64,000 nt of DNA from Gammaproteobacteria bacterium (GTDB lineage: Bacteria > Pseudomonadota > Gammaproteobacteria > SZUA-229), in assembly GCA_016744065.1 (NCBI GenBank), contig JADGFA010000004.1, positions 64,559-128,558 on the forward strand, read 5' to 3'. Every line of letters begins with the position of its first letter. The stretch's first letter is position 1. Below the pieces are notes generated by a model. That model was not told the origin of the DNA. It saw nothing but the letters and a program-made list of their open reading frames with translations, and did no database searches. Made by a program: the position numbers and the translations under genes. Below are positions 20,359 to 29,508 of the stretch, one piece after another.

Positions 20359-20697
20359 ATGCCGCTACTAACGCTAAAAACCAATATCTCACTTGATAAT
20401 AAAACTTCACTCGCTGAAATATTATCAAAAGCAACTGCTGACCTGTTAGAAAAACCAGAAAGTTATATGATGCTTAATATTGAAGACGAGCAATGTCTAA
20501 TATTCGCTGGTAATCACCAGCCCTGTGCTCTAATTAGCCTGAAAAGCTTAGGCCTGCCCGAGGCTTTAACAACTGAATTATCCAGTAAATTATGTGAAAT
20601 CATTCATTCACAAATGACTATCGATCCATCTCGTATTTACATTGAATTCAATAGTCCCGAAAGGCATATGTGGGGCTGGGATTCCCGAACTTTTTAA
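20359..20697 (+). CDS. Macrophage migration inhibitory factor (MIF)/tautomerase-family protein
   Basis: 112 aa. Begins MP (catalytic Pro-1). QPCALISLKSLG and DPSRIYIEFNSPERHMWGWDSRTF align with human MIF ([37 protein letters not shown]). Start is 2 nt after the DUF4124 gene stop. Confidence 0.75.
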   Translation: MPLLTLKTNISLDNKTSLAEILSKATADLLEKPESYMMLNIEDEQCLIFAGNHQPCALISLKSLGLPEALTTELSSKLCEIIHSQMTIDPSRIYIEFNSPERHMWGWDSRTF

Positions 20698-20716
20698 TGA
20701 CTCATTTCTATTTAAA

Positions 20717-20839
20717 TTATTTATCTTCCTCTACTGACTCTAAAACTTCATTAGAAGAGTCCTGCTCATTCTCTTTTTTTTCATCCTGCTCATCAACCTG
20801 ATCCGTATCCTGACCGCCACAACTACCACAACAACTCAT
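20717..20839 (-). CDS. Candidate small Cys-rich acidic protein (40 aa) not in the ORF track
   Basis: ATG at 20839 with GGAG 8 nt upstream. Encodes MSCCGSCGGQDTDQVDEQDEKKENEQDSSNEVLESVEEDK with TAA stop. Lies 70 nt downstream of nnrS on the same strand. Confidence 0.3.
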   Translation of the reverse strand: MSCCGSCGGQDTDQVDEQDEKKENEQDSSNEVLESVEEDK

Positions 20840-20909
20840 ATCCTTACTCCCAAATTAATTTTGATGTAAGAATACTAATACAGATATTAAAATATATAAT
20901 TGATATTTG

Positions 20910-22121
20910 TTAACCAGGTCGACCATCAACCCGTGCTGTAACCAGCATGGGTGCATAAAAATAAAAATAACAGGCAAATGCCAGCACCCAGAGGCCACCA
21001 GCAATAGCTGTACTCCACTGCACAAGCTCAGGTAACCAGGCAGGAATAATAACTCGTACAACTGCGGCTAAAAAAATAAAAATATAGGCAACGCTTATTA
21101 AGCGGGGAGGATTAAGCTGACGCCCAGTATGACCCAGTGTAACTCTCGAAATCATAGAAAGTATCATGCCACCAATAGCACCTACAGTAATACTGTGTAA
21201 AGCGGCACTAATATTAGCCATTACGCCCATACTGTATAGTGCTAATAAACCAAAACCCAGCGGTATAAAACTATACGCTATATGTAACGACCATAATAAA
21301 GGCTCTGATTTACAGTACTGCCCACCCCAGCGGGAAGAGCGCCAGGCATTTGCCAGTGCCGCTATAAAGGAAACACTAAATAATAATATTGACGGTACAT
21401 TATCAAACCCCAAAAAAGCAATAATCAACAATAAAATAATGCTTAAAATGCTAATAATTTCCAGGTATTTAACAGGTGGTTTTTTAATACAACGTGTTGT
21501 ATTGGCGGTGAATGCAGGTATAACACGACCACCTAAGATAGTGATGATTAAAGAGAAAAGAATAATCGCGCCATGTAATGCCTGCGTTGCTATGTGATGC
21601 TGATTATAAATCACAGCCCAGTGGCTACTGGCATTCAATAAACTTAAAACAAATAAAATAGGCACAAACATCAGATTACGCCACTGTTTCACTTTTATTA
21701 CCGGATAAGCCATCGCAATAGCAGCAAACAATAAAAACATAACATCACCTGCTGCAATTAACTCAACAGGAACATTGTAAGAAAAACCAAAAGCTAAAAA
21801 AAATCGCCCTGATAACCACATTAAAACCAGTACCGCTAGCGGTTTACCTCTTATACCCATAACACCCGTCCATGACTGAACGGCCGTTAACAAAAAACCA
21901 ACAACAATAGCGGAGCCAAAACCAAACAACATTTCATGCCCATGCCACCAGACAGGCCCACCATAAGGTAGCCAGGTAGAAGCGCTAATCCAGAAATAAA
22001 CCCACCAGGCTATAGCCAGAATAGAAAACAGAGTTCCCCCTAAAAACAATGGCCGAAAAGCCAGACGAAATAAAGGAGGAATAGCTAATGCTATACGGCT
22101 GTCATCTATATTAAGAGGCAT
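20910..22121 (-). CDS. nnrS: NnrS family protein (heme-copper membrane protein of the NO-stress response)
   Basis: 403 aa polytopic membrane protein. N-terminal LFRLAFRPLFLGGTLFSILAIAWW...WWHGHEMLFGF block with conserved His residues typical of NnrS. Confidence 0.8.
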   Translation of the reverse strand: MPLNIDDSRIALAIPPLFRLAFRPLFLGGTLFSILAIAWWVYFWISASTWLPYGGPVWWHGHEMLFGFGSAIVVGFLLTAVQSWTGVMGIRGKPLAVLVLMWLSGRFFLAFGFSYNVPVELIAAGDVMFLLFAAIAMAYPVIKVKQWRNLMFVPILFVLSLLNASSHWAVIYNQHHIATQALHGAIILFSLIITILGGRVIPAFTANTTRCIKKPPVKYLEIISILSIILLLIIAFLGFDNVPSILLFSVSFIAALANAWRSSRWGGQYCKSEPLLWSLHIAYSFIPLGFGLLALYSMGVMANISAALHSITVGAIGGMILSMISRVTLGHTGRQLNPPRLISVAYIFIFLAAVVRVIIPAWLPELVQWSTAIAGGLWVLAFACYFYFYAPMLVTARVDGRPG

Positions 22122-22554
22122 GGGGGTGAGGTATCCAGAGAAAAATATAATTTTATCTGGTAATTTTTTAGCTGGACAGGATAAAAGTCAAAAATAACCT
22201 TTTACTATTAAAACCTTTATTGAAGACTTTCACCACAATAAGGATATCCCCTGCGCTTTTGAAGGTGCTTATTTAAGGCAACAAGCAGTCCATTTTCAGT
22301 TATATTTCCACCTCCATCGCTGTCAATTTCTTCACAACATAATGATGATAAATACTTTTTCACCTCTTTTCACTTTTATTCGACTTTTTGTATGCTTTAT
22401 AAAATAATAATACTCCCCTCTGTTTAGAAATGTTTTTTTGCCTGTATCATGTATGAGAAAACACTCGCTTGCTGCTGATACTATGAACAGAACAGGCGAA
22501 TATAAAAATAACGACGATAACGAGGGATTGTGATATAGACTCATGCTATCTCCA

Positions 22555-23775
22555 TTATTTAATTGATTTTAAGTATTTTTCCAGAGTAGTTAATTGATCA
22601 CCGGACAAGTCGAGCCGCCGATGTGAGCGAATACTTCCATCACGAAGCAGTCCAGAAATTTTTTCTGCTTCTATTTCAAATTCAGATGCATTACTCGAGT
22701 GGCAATAGACACAATTATCTTCATATAGCTTACGCCCCTCCTCTATTGCCTTTCCAGGCGTCTCATTAAGAGGCTGAAAAGACGTTTCAAGATTATCCAG
22801 GCTTTGATAAAAGCTACCTTTATCCCAAAAATCAGGCTCTGAGCAACCTAAGCAGGGATGTCCTGCTTCAACAGGGAAACTGGTGCCCTTATTCCATTTA
22901 TGCACTGCACAGGCATTATGAGTTACCGGGCCTTTACATCCCAACTTATACAGACACCAGCCTTTACGCGCCCCTTCATCATCAAAACTTTCTGCAAACT
23001 TCTCATCCTGATAAAAATGATAGCGGGGGCAACGTTCATGCACCGTGTTAGCATAAAAATTGACCGGCCGCTTCTGATCATCCAGTTCGGGAAATCGGTC
23101 AAAAACAAGGTAATGAGCCAACACACCACTGATGGCAACGGGAAGCGGTGGGCAACCGGGAATATTAATCAGCATTTTTTTTGATATAAGGCCTCTTTCC
23201 ATGAGCTGCCCAACACTTTTTGCTCCCGTTGGATCAGGTTTCGCCGCGGGTAACCCTCCATAAGCGGCGCAGCTTCCTATTGCCATCACCGCTGCGGCAC
23301 CAGCACTGCACTCCTGTAATATATCCAGGTTAGTCCTACCCGCAATAGTTGAATAAACACCACCCTCTGCAACTGGAACTGAACCATCAACAATCAACAG
23401 GTATTGCCCATAGAATTTCTTCATTACATCTAATCGGGCCATTTCTGCTGCTTCACCTGAAGCAGCCTGCAAAGTATGGTGATAATCAAGTGAGATATAA
23501 TCAAACATCAAATCTTCGATGCCTGGTGTGTGTGAACGGGTAAGCGACTCAGTACAGCCCGTACACTCCTGAAATGAAAGCCAGATAACAGAAGGTCGAG
23601 TTGCATGGCGCAATTTTTCAGACAACACAGGAATGACACTGACAGGCAGGGCTAATAAAGAAGCCATTACCGAACAGTATTTCAGAAATGACCGTCGGCT
23701 TACTCCCTTTTGAGACAGGTAAGCTTCAAAAGTAATTGCTTTAGATTTTTTTTCTACCAATATAAACCACAACAA
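22555..23775 (-). CDS. [NiFe]-hydrogenase small-subunit homolog (Tat signal, three Fe-S cluster motifs) with extra C-terminal cytochrome c-like CxxCH domain; no large-subunit gene nearby
   Basis: Tat leader [23 protein letters not shown] aligns to E. coli HyaA ([23 protein letters not shown]). Proximal-cluster motifs [16 protein letters not shown] and PGCPP. NiFe_hyd_SSU_C-like medial and distal cluster ligands CPRYHF...[17 protein letters not shown]...[13 protein letters not shown]. C-terminal extension [13 protein letters not shown]...[17 protein letters not shown] resembles a class I cytochrome c. Confidence 0.8.
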   Translation of the reverse strand: [406 protein letters not shown]

Positions 23776-23979
23776 TTAATCAATAACTGAAGATTGTGAG
23801 CGCTATATATGAAGAAATACATTTTTCACCCTTCCATTTACATATGTTATCGACTAAGAACATACTCCACTTCAGATTAATCATATTGGAGGTCATACTT
23901 AATAAATATGACCTGGATCAATCTCCTAACATTCAGATATCCGTTATATACAAACCACGAATAATGGCAATTAACATTA

Positions 23980-25884
23980 TTAAAAATACATCAAATAACT
24001 TAACTTAAGCTCTTTTACATCAAACAGTTCATAATCATAACGTTGATACTCAAATCTCAGGGCATGGTCATTTACAATATCAAATTGAATTCCCATATTT
24101 ATTTTTTGAACATCACCCTCTTCACCTGATACATCACTTAATAACTGATATTCAATTTCACTTTTCCCCGCTACAATTGAACTAGAAAATGGCCATAAAA
24201 ATCCGGCATCAAACCCTATATACAGTGCATGATTATTTTCTAACTCAGTAGCATACTCAAATTGAGTCTGTAATAACGCATACATTAGAACACTTTGTAT
24301 TTCACTGCTATACCCTGCTCCAAACTGAAATTCAAATTCTGTTATTGCATTATCAAGCGTTAGTTCTCGCTGCTTAATTTGAAATGATATTTTTCTAGAC
24401 AGGGGCATTGCCCATGGGTTTACCGCAATAATAGATTTAAGAGAAAATAGATTTAACTTTTCAAGCTTTAACTTGTCCTGTAGCTGATACCAGCGAAGCT
24501 GTGCCTCCAGCACACTGATTGATGCGCCATTAGAAAAGCCATCTGTCGCATCTAATTGATCATGAAATACTGGACGTAAACCAATTTCATAAAACAACTC
24601 ATCCTCAACATCATCATTTTGCTGCCCCACAGACAACTGAAAACGTGCCGATTGATGTGATGATTCAGGCGCTATAAAATCAAACTTAAATCCATATTCC
24701 TTTATTGGTAAATGACTGCGTGCACTTAATATATCTAACTGCAAAGACGCCTGATCTACAGAGTATTTTGCAAACTGATTCAATACGACATCAGCTAACT
24801 GGTAAATTTTTGCCTGTTTATTTTCAGTAAATTTCTGTGATATATCATCAATTGATATTTCACTTTTTGCCAATGAAAATGCAGCATCCCTGGCCTCTTT
24901 TTCAACTTGCTCTGACATTTGTAAGATTTTATTATGTGTTGCAGGCCGATAATTACGTGTAGCAATCAAACCTGCCTCTTCAATATCTCTGATCGTATCG
25001 ACGGGCACGGCATAAAGAAAATGCGCATCCATACTCATGTTTAATTTTTCCCGCGCGACGTCAAGCAAAGCTAATAATCGAAAAGAGCAATTTTCACGAA
25101 AGAAATAATAATCAAAATACACACTCTTCACCTCCCATAGGTGGCGAAGCAATTGATCTATTTCCTGATTATTTAGATTTAATTTATATTCCCATATATC
25201 GCGCTGCTCAATATCACTGTATTTTTGCAGCGTTTCAAAATAGGCCTGCAAATAAAATTTACCTGGATACCCACCGGTAATACCTTTCCATGAATACAGC
25301 AACATATTGTCAGATTTATCAAAAGAGGCGGCGTAACTGAGCGTAGGACTAAGCAAGTGATTATTATCTGGCCTGTCAAAACGAATAAAAGTATGACCAA
25401 ACATAGATGCAGGGTTTTCCAGATACATCGCAGGAAAAAGCAGAGTAAGCTGCTCTACGTTTAATGTCTCTCTCCAGTTATTGAAATCATTGCATTCAAC
25501 AACCGGGGATAACTGGCTAAAATTCAGCTGAGTATCTAACCAGTGAAATCTTGCCGGAAATCGACAACGAGGATGATCAGAATCAGACATTGTGTGGCTA
25601 AAAAAACCACGTAAATCCGCTTCTAGCTCCGACTGAGCATTATAAGCACCATTCTTTGCCAAAAAGAAGCCTTTATCGTCAACCTGACTTTTCCGTGCAG
25701 AAAAAAGGCTACTTTTGTAATGTAGCAAGTTCAACCAGGCAGAATGCTTCGCCAGTTGTTTCTGTCGAGCCTGCTCAATAAAAACAGCAGCAAGATCTGT
25801 TTCTGTTGCACAATATGAAGTAACGGGTAAAAAAAACACAATAAATAGTATTATTATCCGTATAAATTGTAGATTCTTATTCAC
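23980..25884 (-). CDS. Hypothetical secreted/outer-membrane protein (N-terminal domain with ENCS motif, C-terminal beta-barrel-like region ending ...SYLMYF)
   Basis: Long ORF. Proposed GTG start at 25884 with GGGGG Shine-Dalgarno 5 nt upstream, giving signal peptide MNKNLQFIRIIILFIVFFLPVTSYCA. The track's upstream ATG at 26022 would overlap the divergent proS start. C-terminal aromatic residue and alternating hydrophobic pattern suggest an OMP. Confidence 0.5.
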   Translation of the reverse strand: MNKNLQFIRIIILFIVFFLPVTSYCATETDLAAVFIEQARQKQLAKHSAWLNLLHYKSSLFSARKSQVDDKGFFLAKNGAYNAQSELEADLRGFFSHTMSDSDHPRCRFPARFHWLDTQLNFSQLSPVVECNDFNNWRETLNVEQLTLLFPAMYLENPASMFGHTFIRFDRPDNNHLLSPTLSYAASFDKSDNMLLYSWKGITGGYPGKFYLQAYFETLQKYSDIEQRDIWEYKLNLNNQEIDQLLRHLWEVKSVYFDYYFFRENCSFRLLALLDVAREKLNMSMDAHFLYAVPVDTIRDIEEAGLIATRNYRPATHNKILQMSEQVEKEARDAAFSLAKSEISIDDISQKFTENKQAKIYQLADVVLNQFAKYSVDQASLQLDILSARSHLPIKEYGFKFDFIAPESSHQSARFQLSVGQQNDDVEDELFYEIGLRPVFHDQLDATDGFSNGASISVLEAQLRWYQLQDKLKLEKLNLFSLKSIIAVNPWAMPLSRKISFQIKQRELTLDNAITEFEFQFGAGYSSEIQSVLMYALLQTQFEYATELENNHALYIGFDAGFLWPFSSSIVAGKSEIEYQLLSDVSGEEGDVQKINMGIQFDIVNDHALRFEYQRYDYELFDVKELKLSYLMYF

Positions 25885-25994
25885 GCACCCCCAATAGTTT
25901 TGTAAAATCCACTGCAATTCATATATCCTGATTTGATTACTGACTAACTCACGGTAATTAAGATGGTATTTTATCCAATTACAGGTCAACCTCA

Positions 25995-27701
25995 ATGCGT
26001 GTATCAAAATTTCCACTTTCAACCCTTAAAGAAACCCCTGCTGATGCAGAGATTATCAGTCACCAGTTAATGCTGCGAGCAGGTTTGGTACGTCGCCTGG
26101 CTTCTGGTCTATATACCTGGTTACCTCTGGGTATTCGTGTATTACGCAAAGTCGAAGGTATTGTACGCGATGAAATGGAAAAAGTTGATGCCCTGGAAAT
26201 TCTTATGCCTGGCGTTCAACCGGCTGAATTATGGCAGGAGTCTGGCCGTTGGGATGAATACGGCCCAGAATTGCTGCGTTTAAATGATCGCCATCAACGG
26301 GAATTCTGTCTGGGGCCCACCCATGAGGAGATTATTACCGATATGGCACGTCGTGAATTATCCAGCTACAAACAATTACCGATTACCTGGTATCAAATAC
26401 AGGCTAAATTTCGTGATGAAATTCGACCGCGCTTCGGTGTAATGCGCTCCCGTGAGTTTATTATGAAAGACGCCTACTCATTTCATATCGACCAGGATTC
26501 TTTACAGAAGACTTACGACCAGATGTACCAGGCCTATAACAATATTTTCACTCGATTAGGACTGAATTTTAGACCTGTTATCGCTGACTCTGGCTCCATA
26601 GGTGGTTCAGGCTCACATGAATTTCATGTGCTCGCAGATTCTGGTGAAGATGCCATCGCTTTTTCCAGTCATTCAAACTATGCGGCAAATATTGAAAAAG
26701 CAACAGCTTTACCTCCACAGGACAAACGAACAGAAGCCAGTGAAGAAAAAACCATCGTTGATACACCGGGCAAACACAGTATTGCAGAAATATCTGAATT
26801 TCTGGGTGTTGATGCCAGCCGTTGTTTAAAGACCTTACTAGTTGATGGTGTAGAAAAAAACTCAGTTGTAGCATTAGTATTACGTGGCGACCATGAACTT
26901 AATGAAATTAAAGCCGAGCAACTGGAACAGGTTGCTACACCATTGAGCTTTGCCTCAGAAGAACAGGTAAAGTTTGCGGCTGGTTGCGCGCCCGGCTCTG
27001 TTGGTCCCGACCTTAAGGTGACCGTTATTGCTGATTATGATGCAGCCCATGCCGCCAATTTTGTATGTGGAGCTAATGAGGACGGTAAGCACCTACAGGG
27101 TGTTAACTGGGGTCGTGACCTTGCAGAACCGATAACTGCAGATTTACGTAATGTAGTAGAAGGTGATCATAGCCCCGACGGACAGGGTACATTATCTATC
27201 GTACGTGGAATTGAAGTAGGACATATTTTTCAACTGGGTAACAAGTACAGTGAAAAATTACAGGCAACGGTACTCGATGAAAATGGCTCCAAAAAAACCA
27301 TGACAATGGGCTGTTATGGTATAGGTATCACTCGTGTTGTGGCAGCTGCCATTGAACAGAACCATGATAATAATGGCATTATCTGGCCACAGAGCATTGC
27401 ACCCTTTGATGTTGCACTGGCGCCTATTAATATGCAGAAATCAGAACGCCTGAAAGATGCTGCAGAAAAATTATATAAAGATCTGACAGATGCAGGGCTT
27501 GAAGTACTGATGTTTGATCAGAAAGAACGCCTGGGTTCAATGCTGGCCAATATTGAATTAATCGGCATTCCTCATCGTTTAGTATTAGGCGAACGTGGCC
27601 TGGATGATGCTAAGATTGAATATAAAGGCAGAACAGATGATGAAAAACAGGAAATCGAGCTGGATAACATTATTGAGTTTTTATTAAACAAAAAGCAATA
27701 A
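25995..27701 (+). CDS. proS: Proline--tRNA ligase
   Basis: 568 aa. N-terminus [46 protein letters not shown] with class II aaRS motifs and an editing-domain insertion. Bacterial-type ProRS. Confidence 0.95.
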   Translation: MRVSKFPLSTLKETPADAEIISHQLMLRAGLVRRLASGLYTWLPLGIRVLRKVEGIVRDEMEKVDALEILMPGVQPAELWQESGRWDEYGPELLRLNDRHQREFCLGPTHEEIITDMARRELSSYKQLPITWYQIQAKFRDEIRPRFGVMRSREFIMKDAYSFHIDQDSLQKTYDQMYQAYNNIFTRLGLNFRPVIADSGSIGGSGSHEFHVLADSGEDAIAFSSHSNYAANIEKATALPPQDKRTEASEEKTIVDTPGKHSIAEISEFLGVDASRCLKTLLVDGVEKNSVVALVLRGDHELNEIKAEQLEQVATPLSFASEEQVKFAAGCAPGSVGPDLKVTVIADYDAAHAANFVCGANEDGKHLQGVNWGRDLAEPITADLRNVVEGDHSPDGQGTLSIVRGIEVGHIFQLGNKYSEKLQATVLDENGSKKTMTMGCYGIGITRVVAAAIEQNHDNNGIIWPQSIAPFDVALAPINMQKSERLKDAAEKLYKDLTDAGLEVLMFDQKERLGSMLANIELIGIPHRLVLGERGLDDAKIEYKGRTDDEKQEIELDNIIEFLLNKKQ

Positions 27702-27733
27702 GACATACCTAAAGTTAAATTTAAAAAAGTGTA

Positions 27734-28348
27734 ATGAAATATTTAAGTAAAATAAATCACCTTAATACCCGACGTTATTGCAATATTTTCGGGTTATTAA
27801 CACTTTTTTTTATTTTTCCTGCAACACTATTAAGTGCAAACGCAACATTAAGAATTGACCCTGAACTTCGTCAGCGTCTGATTTCTGCCATTAATCAATC
27901 CAGTAGCTTCGATGACCGGTTTCATGCCGAGGTTTGGTTACTCGATATGTCGACACGTTTAAAAATCCGTGTTAAAGACACTGAAGCACGTTTAGGTTTA
28001 CTGCGTAGCATTCATCGTGAAGCGAGTCGCGTAGAATTACCACCTGAATTAATTATTGCACTCATTGATATTGAAAGTCGGTTTGACCATTTTGCTATTT
28101 CTCGCTCAGGTGCACAGGGCTTAATGCAAATAATGCCTTTCTGGTTAAAAGAAATTGGCCATCCACAGGACAACCTGATGGATATAGACACCAATTTACG
28201 CATGGGCTGTACTATTCTAAAATACTACATGGATATGGAAAAAGGCAATATTCGTCGAGCACTGGCTCGTTATAATGGCAGCCTTGGCTCATGGGTGTAC
28301 CCAGATAAAGTCATGACGGTACTGACCAAACACTGGTATAAAAGTTAA
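27734..28348 (+). CDS. Lytic transglycosylase (SLT domain) with signal peptide
   Basis: Catalytic block IESRFDHFAISRSGAQGLMQIMPFW (ES...GLMQ... motif of family 1 SLT domains). Confidence 0.8.
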   Translation: MKYLSKINHLNTRRYCNIFGLLTLFFIFPATLLSANATLRIDPELRQRLISAINQSSSFDDRFHAEVWLLDMSTRLKIRVKDTEARLGLLRSIHREASRVELPPELIIALIDIESRFDHFAISRSGAQGLMQIMPFWLKEIGHPQDNLMDIDTNLRMGCTILKYYMDMEKGNIRRALARYNGSLGSWVYPDKVMTVLTKHWYKS

Positions 28349-29001
28349 TGCCTGATACAAAGACCAACAACTCACTTATCGATCTGCTTGAAAAAAAGAG
28401 TTATGCATACCTGAGCGAGCAATCTCAAAAAGTTAACGTCCCTGCACATAGCACCATATTTCGTCAGGGTGATTTATGTAAAAATTACCTGTTAGTTCTA
28501 AAAGGCTCTGTAAAAGTTTTTAGCCGTGCAGAAAATGGCCGTGAAATCACTTTATATCATGTCCAGGAAGGAGAATCATGCACATTAACCACAGCCTGTT
28601 TATTTGCCAGCAATCTATATCCCGCAGAAGGTATAACGGAAACAGACGCTACGGCACTCATGATACCCCAGTCTGTCTTTAATAAAGCATTATCTGAATC
28701 TGAAGAATTTAGAAAAATTATTTTTGATCAGTACGCTAAACGACTCAGAGATGTCATCAGTCTGGTTGAAAACCTGAGTTTTGGTCATATTGATATTCGC
28801 CTGGCACGCTTGTTACTACAGTTAAGTGAACAGACTAATACAATCGAAACCACTCATCAGATACTGGCAACAGAATTAGGTAGCGCACGAGAGGTCATTA
28901 GCCGACAACTTAAAGAGTTTGAAAACAAACAACTCATTTCACTACAACGTGGCAGCATCACCATTTCCAGTCGGGATAACCTAAAAAAAATAATAGATTA
29001 A
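28348..29001 (+). CDS. Crp/Fnr-family transcriptional regulator
   Basis: cNMP-binding beta-barrel (IFRQGDLCKNYLLVLKGSVKVF) and C-terminal HTH (QILATELGSAREVISRQLKEFENKQLI). No N-terminal Fnr Cys cluster. Confidence 0.8.
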   Translation: MPDTKTNNSLIDLLEKKSYAYLSEQSQKVNVPAHSTIFRQGDLCKNYLLVLKGSVKVFSRAENGREITLYHVQEGESCTLTTACLFASNLYPAEGITETDATALMIPQSVFNKALSESEEFRKIIFDQYAKRLRDVISLVENLSFGHIDIRLARLLLQLSEQTNTIETTHQILATELGSAREVISRQLKEFENKQLISLQRGSITISSRDNLKKIID

Positions 29002-29247
29002 ATAACCCGGTACAGGCCGACCCGTTTATTTTCGATACTCTTCATATAAAACAGAGACTAAAACTCAATACATAATTTTACATCTATCATCTAAAAGTTA
29101 AATTATTTTGATATAGGTTAAATAACATCTTTATTAATCTATTACCAATAACCTTTACTCCACCTTATGTGACTTCATCACATACACATCCTTTTTAAAC
29201 ATTCAAAATACACCGAAACTTAACAAATATTTTAAAAGGATATCATT

Positions 29248-29436
29248 ATGTGTAATGTTGGTGGAATAGATCGTATTTTACGTGTAGTCATTGGTCTGGC
29301 TATTTTAAGCCTGGTATTTATTGGCCCACAAACCCCATGGGGATGGCTAGGCTTAATTCCGTTAATAACCGGTGCATTTAGTTTTTGCCCTCTTTATCCA
29401 CTGTTGGGCATTAAAACTTGTTCGGCTAAAGAGTAA
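29248..29436 (+). CDS. DUF2892 (YgaP-like) small membrane protein
   Basis: 62 aa. RILRVVIGLAILSL...GWLGLIPLITGAFSFCPLY is the DUF2892 two-helix pattern. Confidence 0.6.
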   Translation: MCNVGGIDRILRVVIGLAILSLVFIGPQTPWGWLGLIPLITGAFSFCPLYPLLGIKTCSAKE

Positions 29437-29508
29437 TTAAAAGAATTAGGTGATATAAGGATGTATCACCATTTTTAAGATTAAAAGATCATTTATAAAA
29501 GTTCAAAC

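Noticed and set aside
22332-22544. 70-aa ORF between the hydrogenase-like gene and nnrS
   Set aside because: No Shine-Dalgarno, Tyr/Phe/Ile-rich low-complexity product in an AT-rich promoter region. More likely non-coding regulatory DNA for nnrS.
23796-24008. 70-aa plus-strand ORF
   Set aside because: Overlaps the C-terminal end of the OMP-like gene on the opposite strand and the promoter region of the hydrogenase-like gene. Low-complexity translation.
29002-29247. Possible terminator/hairpin after the Crp-family gene (CCCGGTACAGGCCGACCCG)
   Set aside because: The arms are not actually complementary on inspection. There is only a T-tract without a convincing stem.
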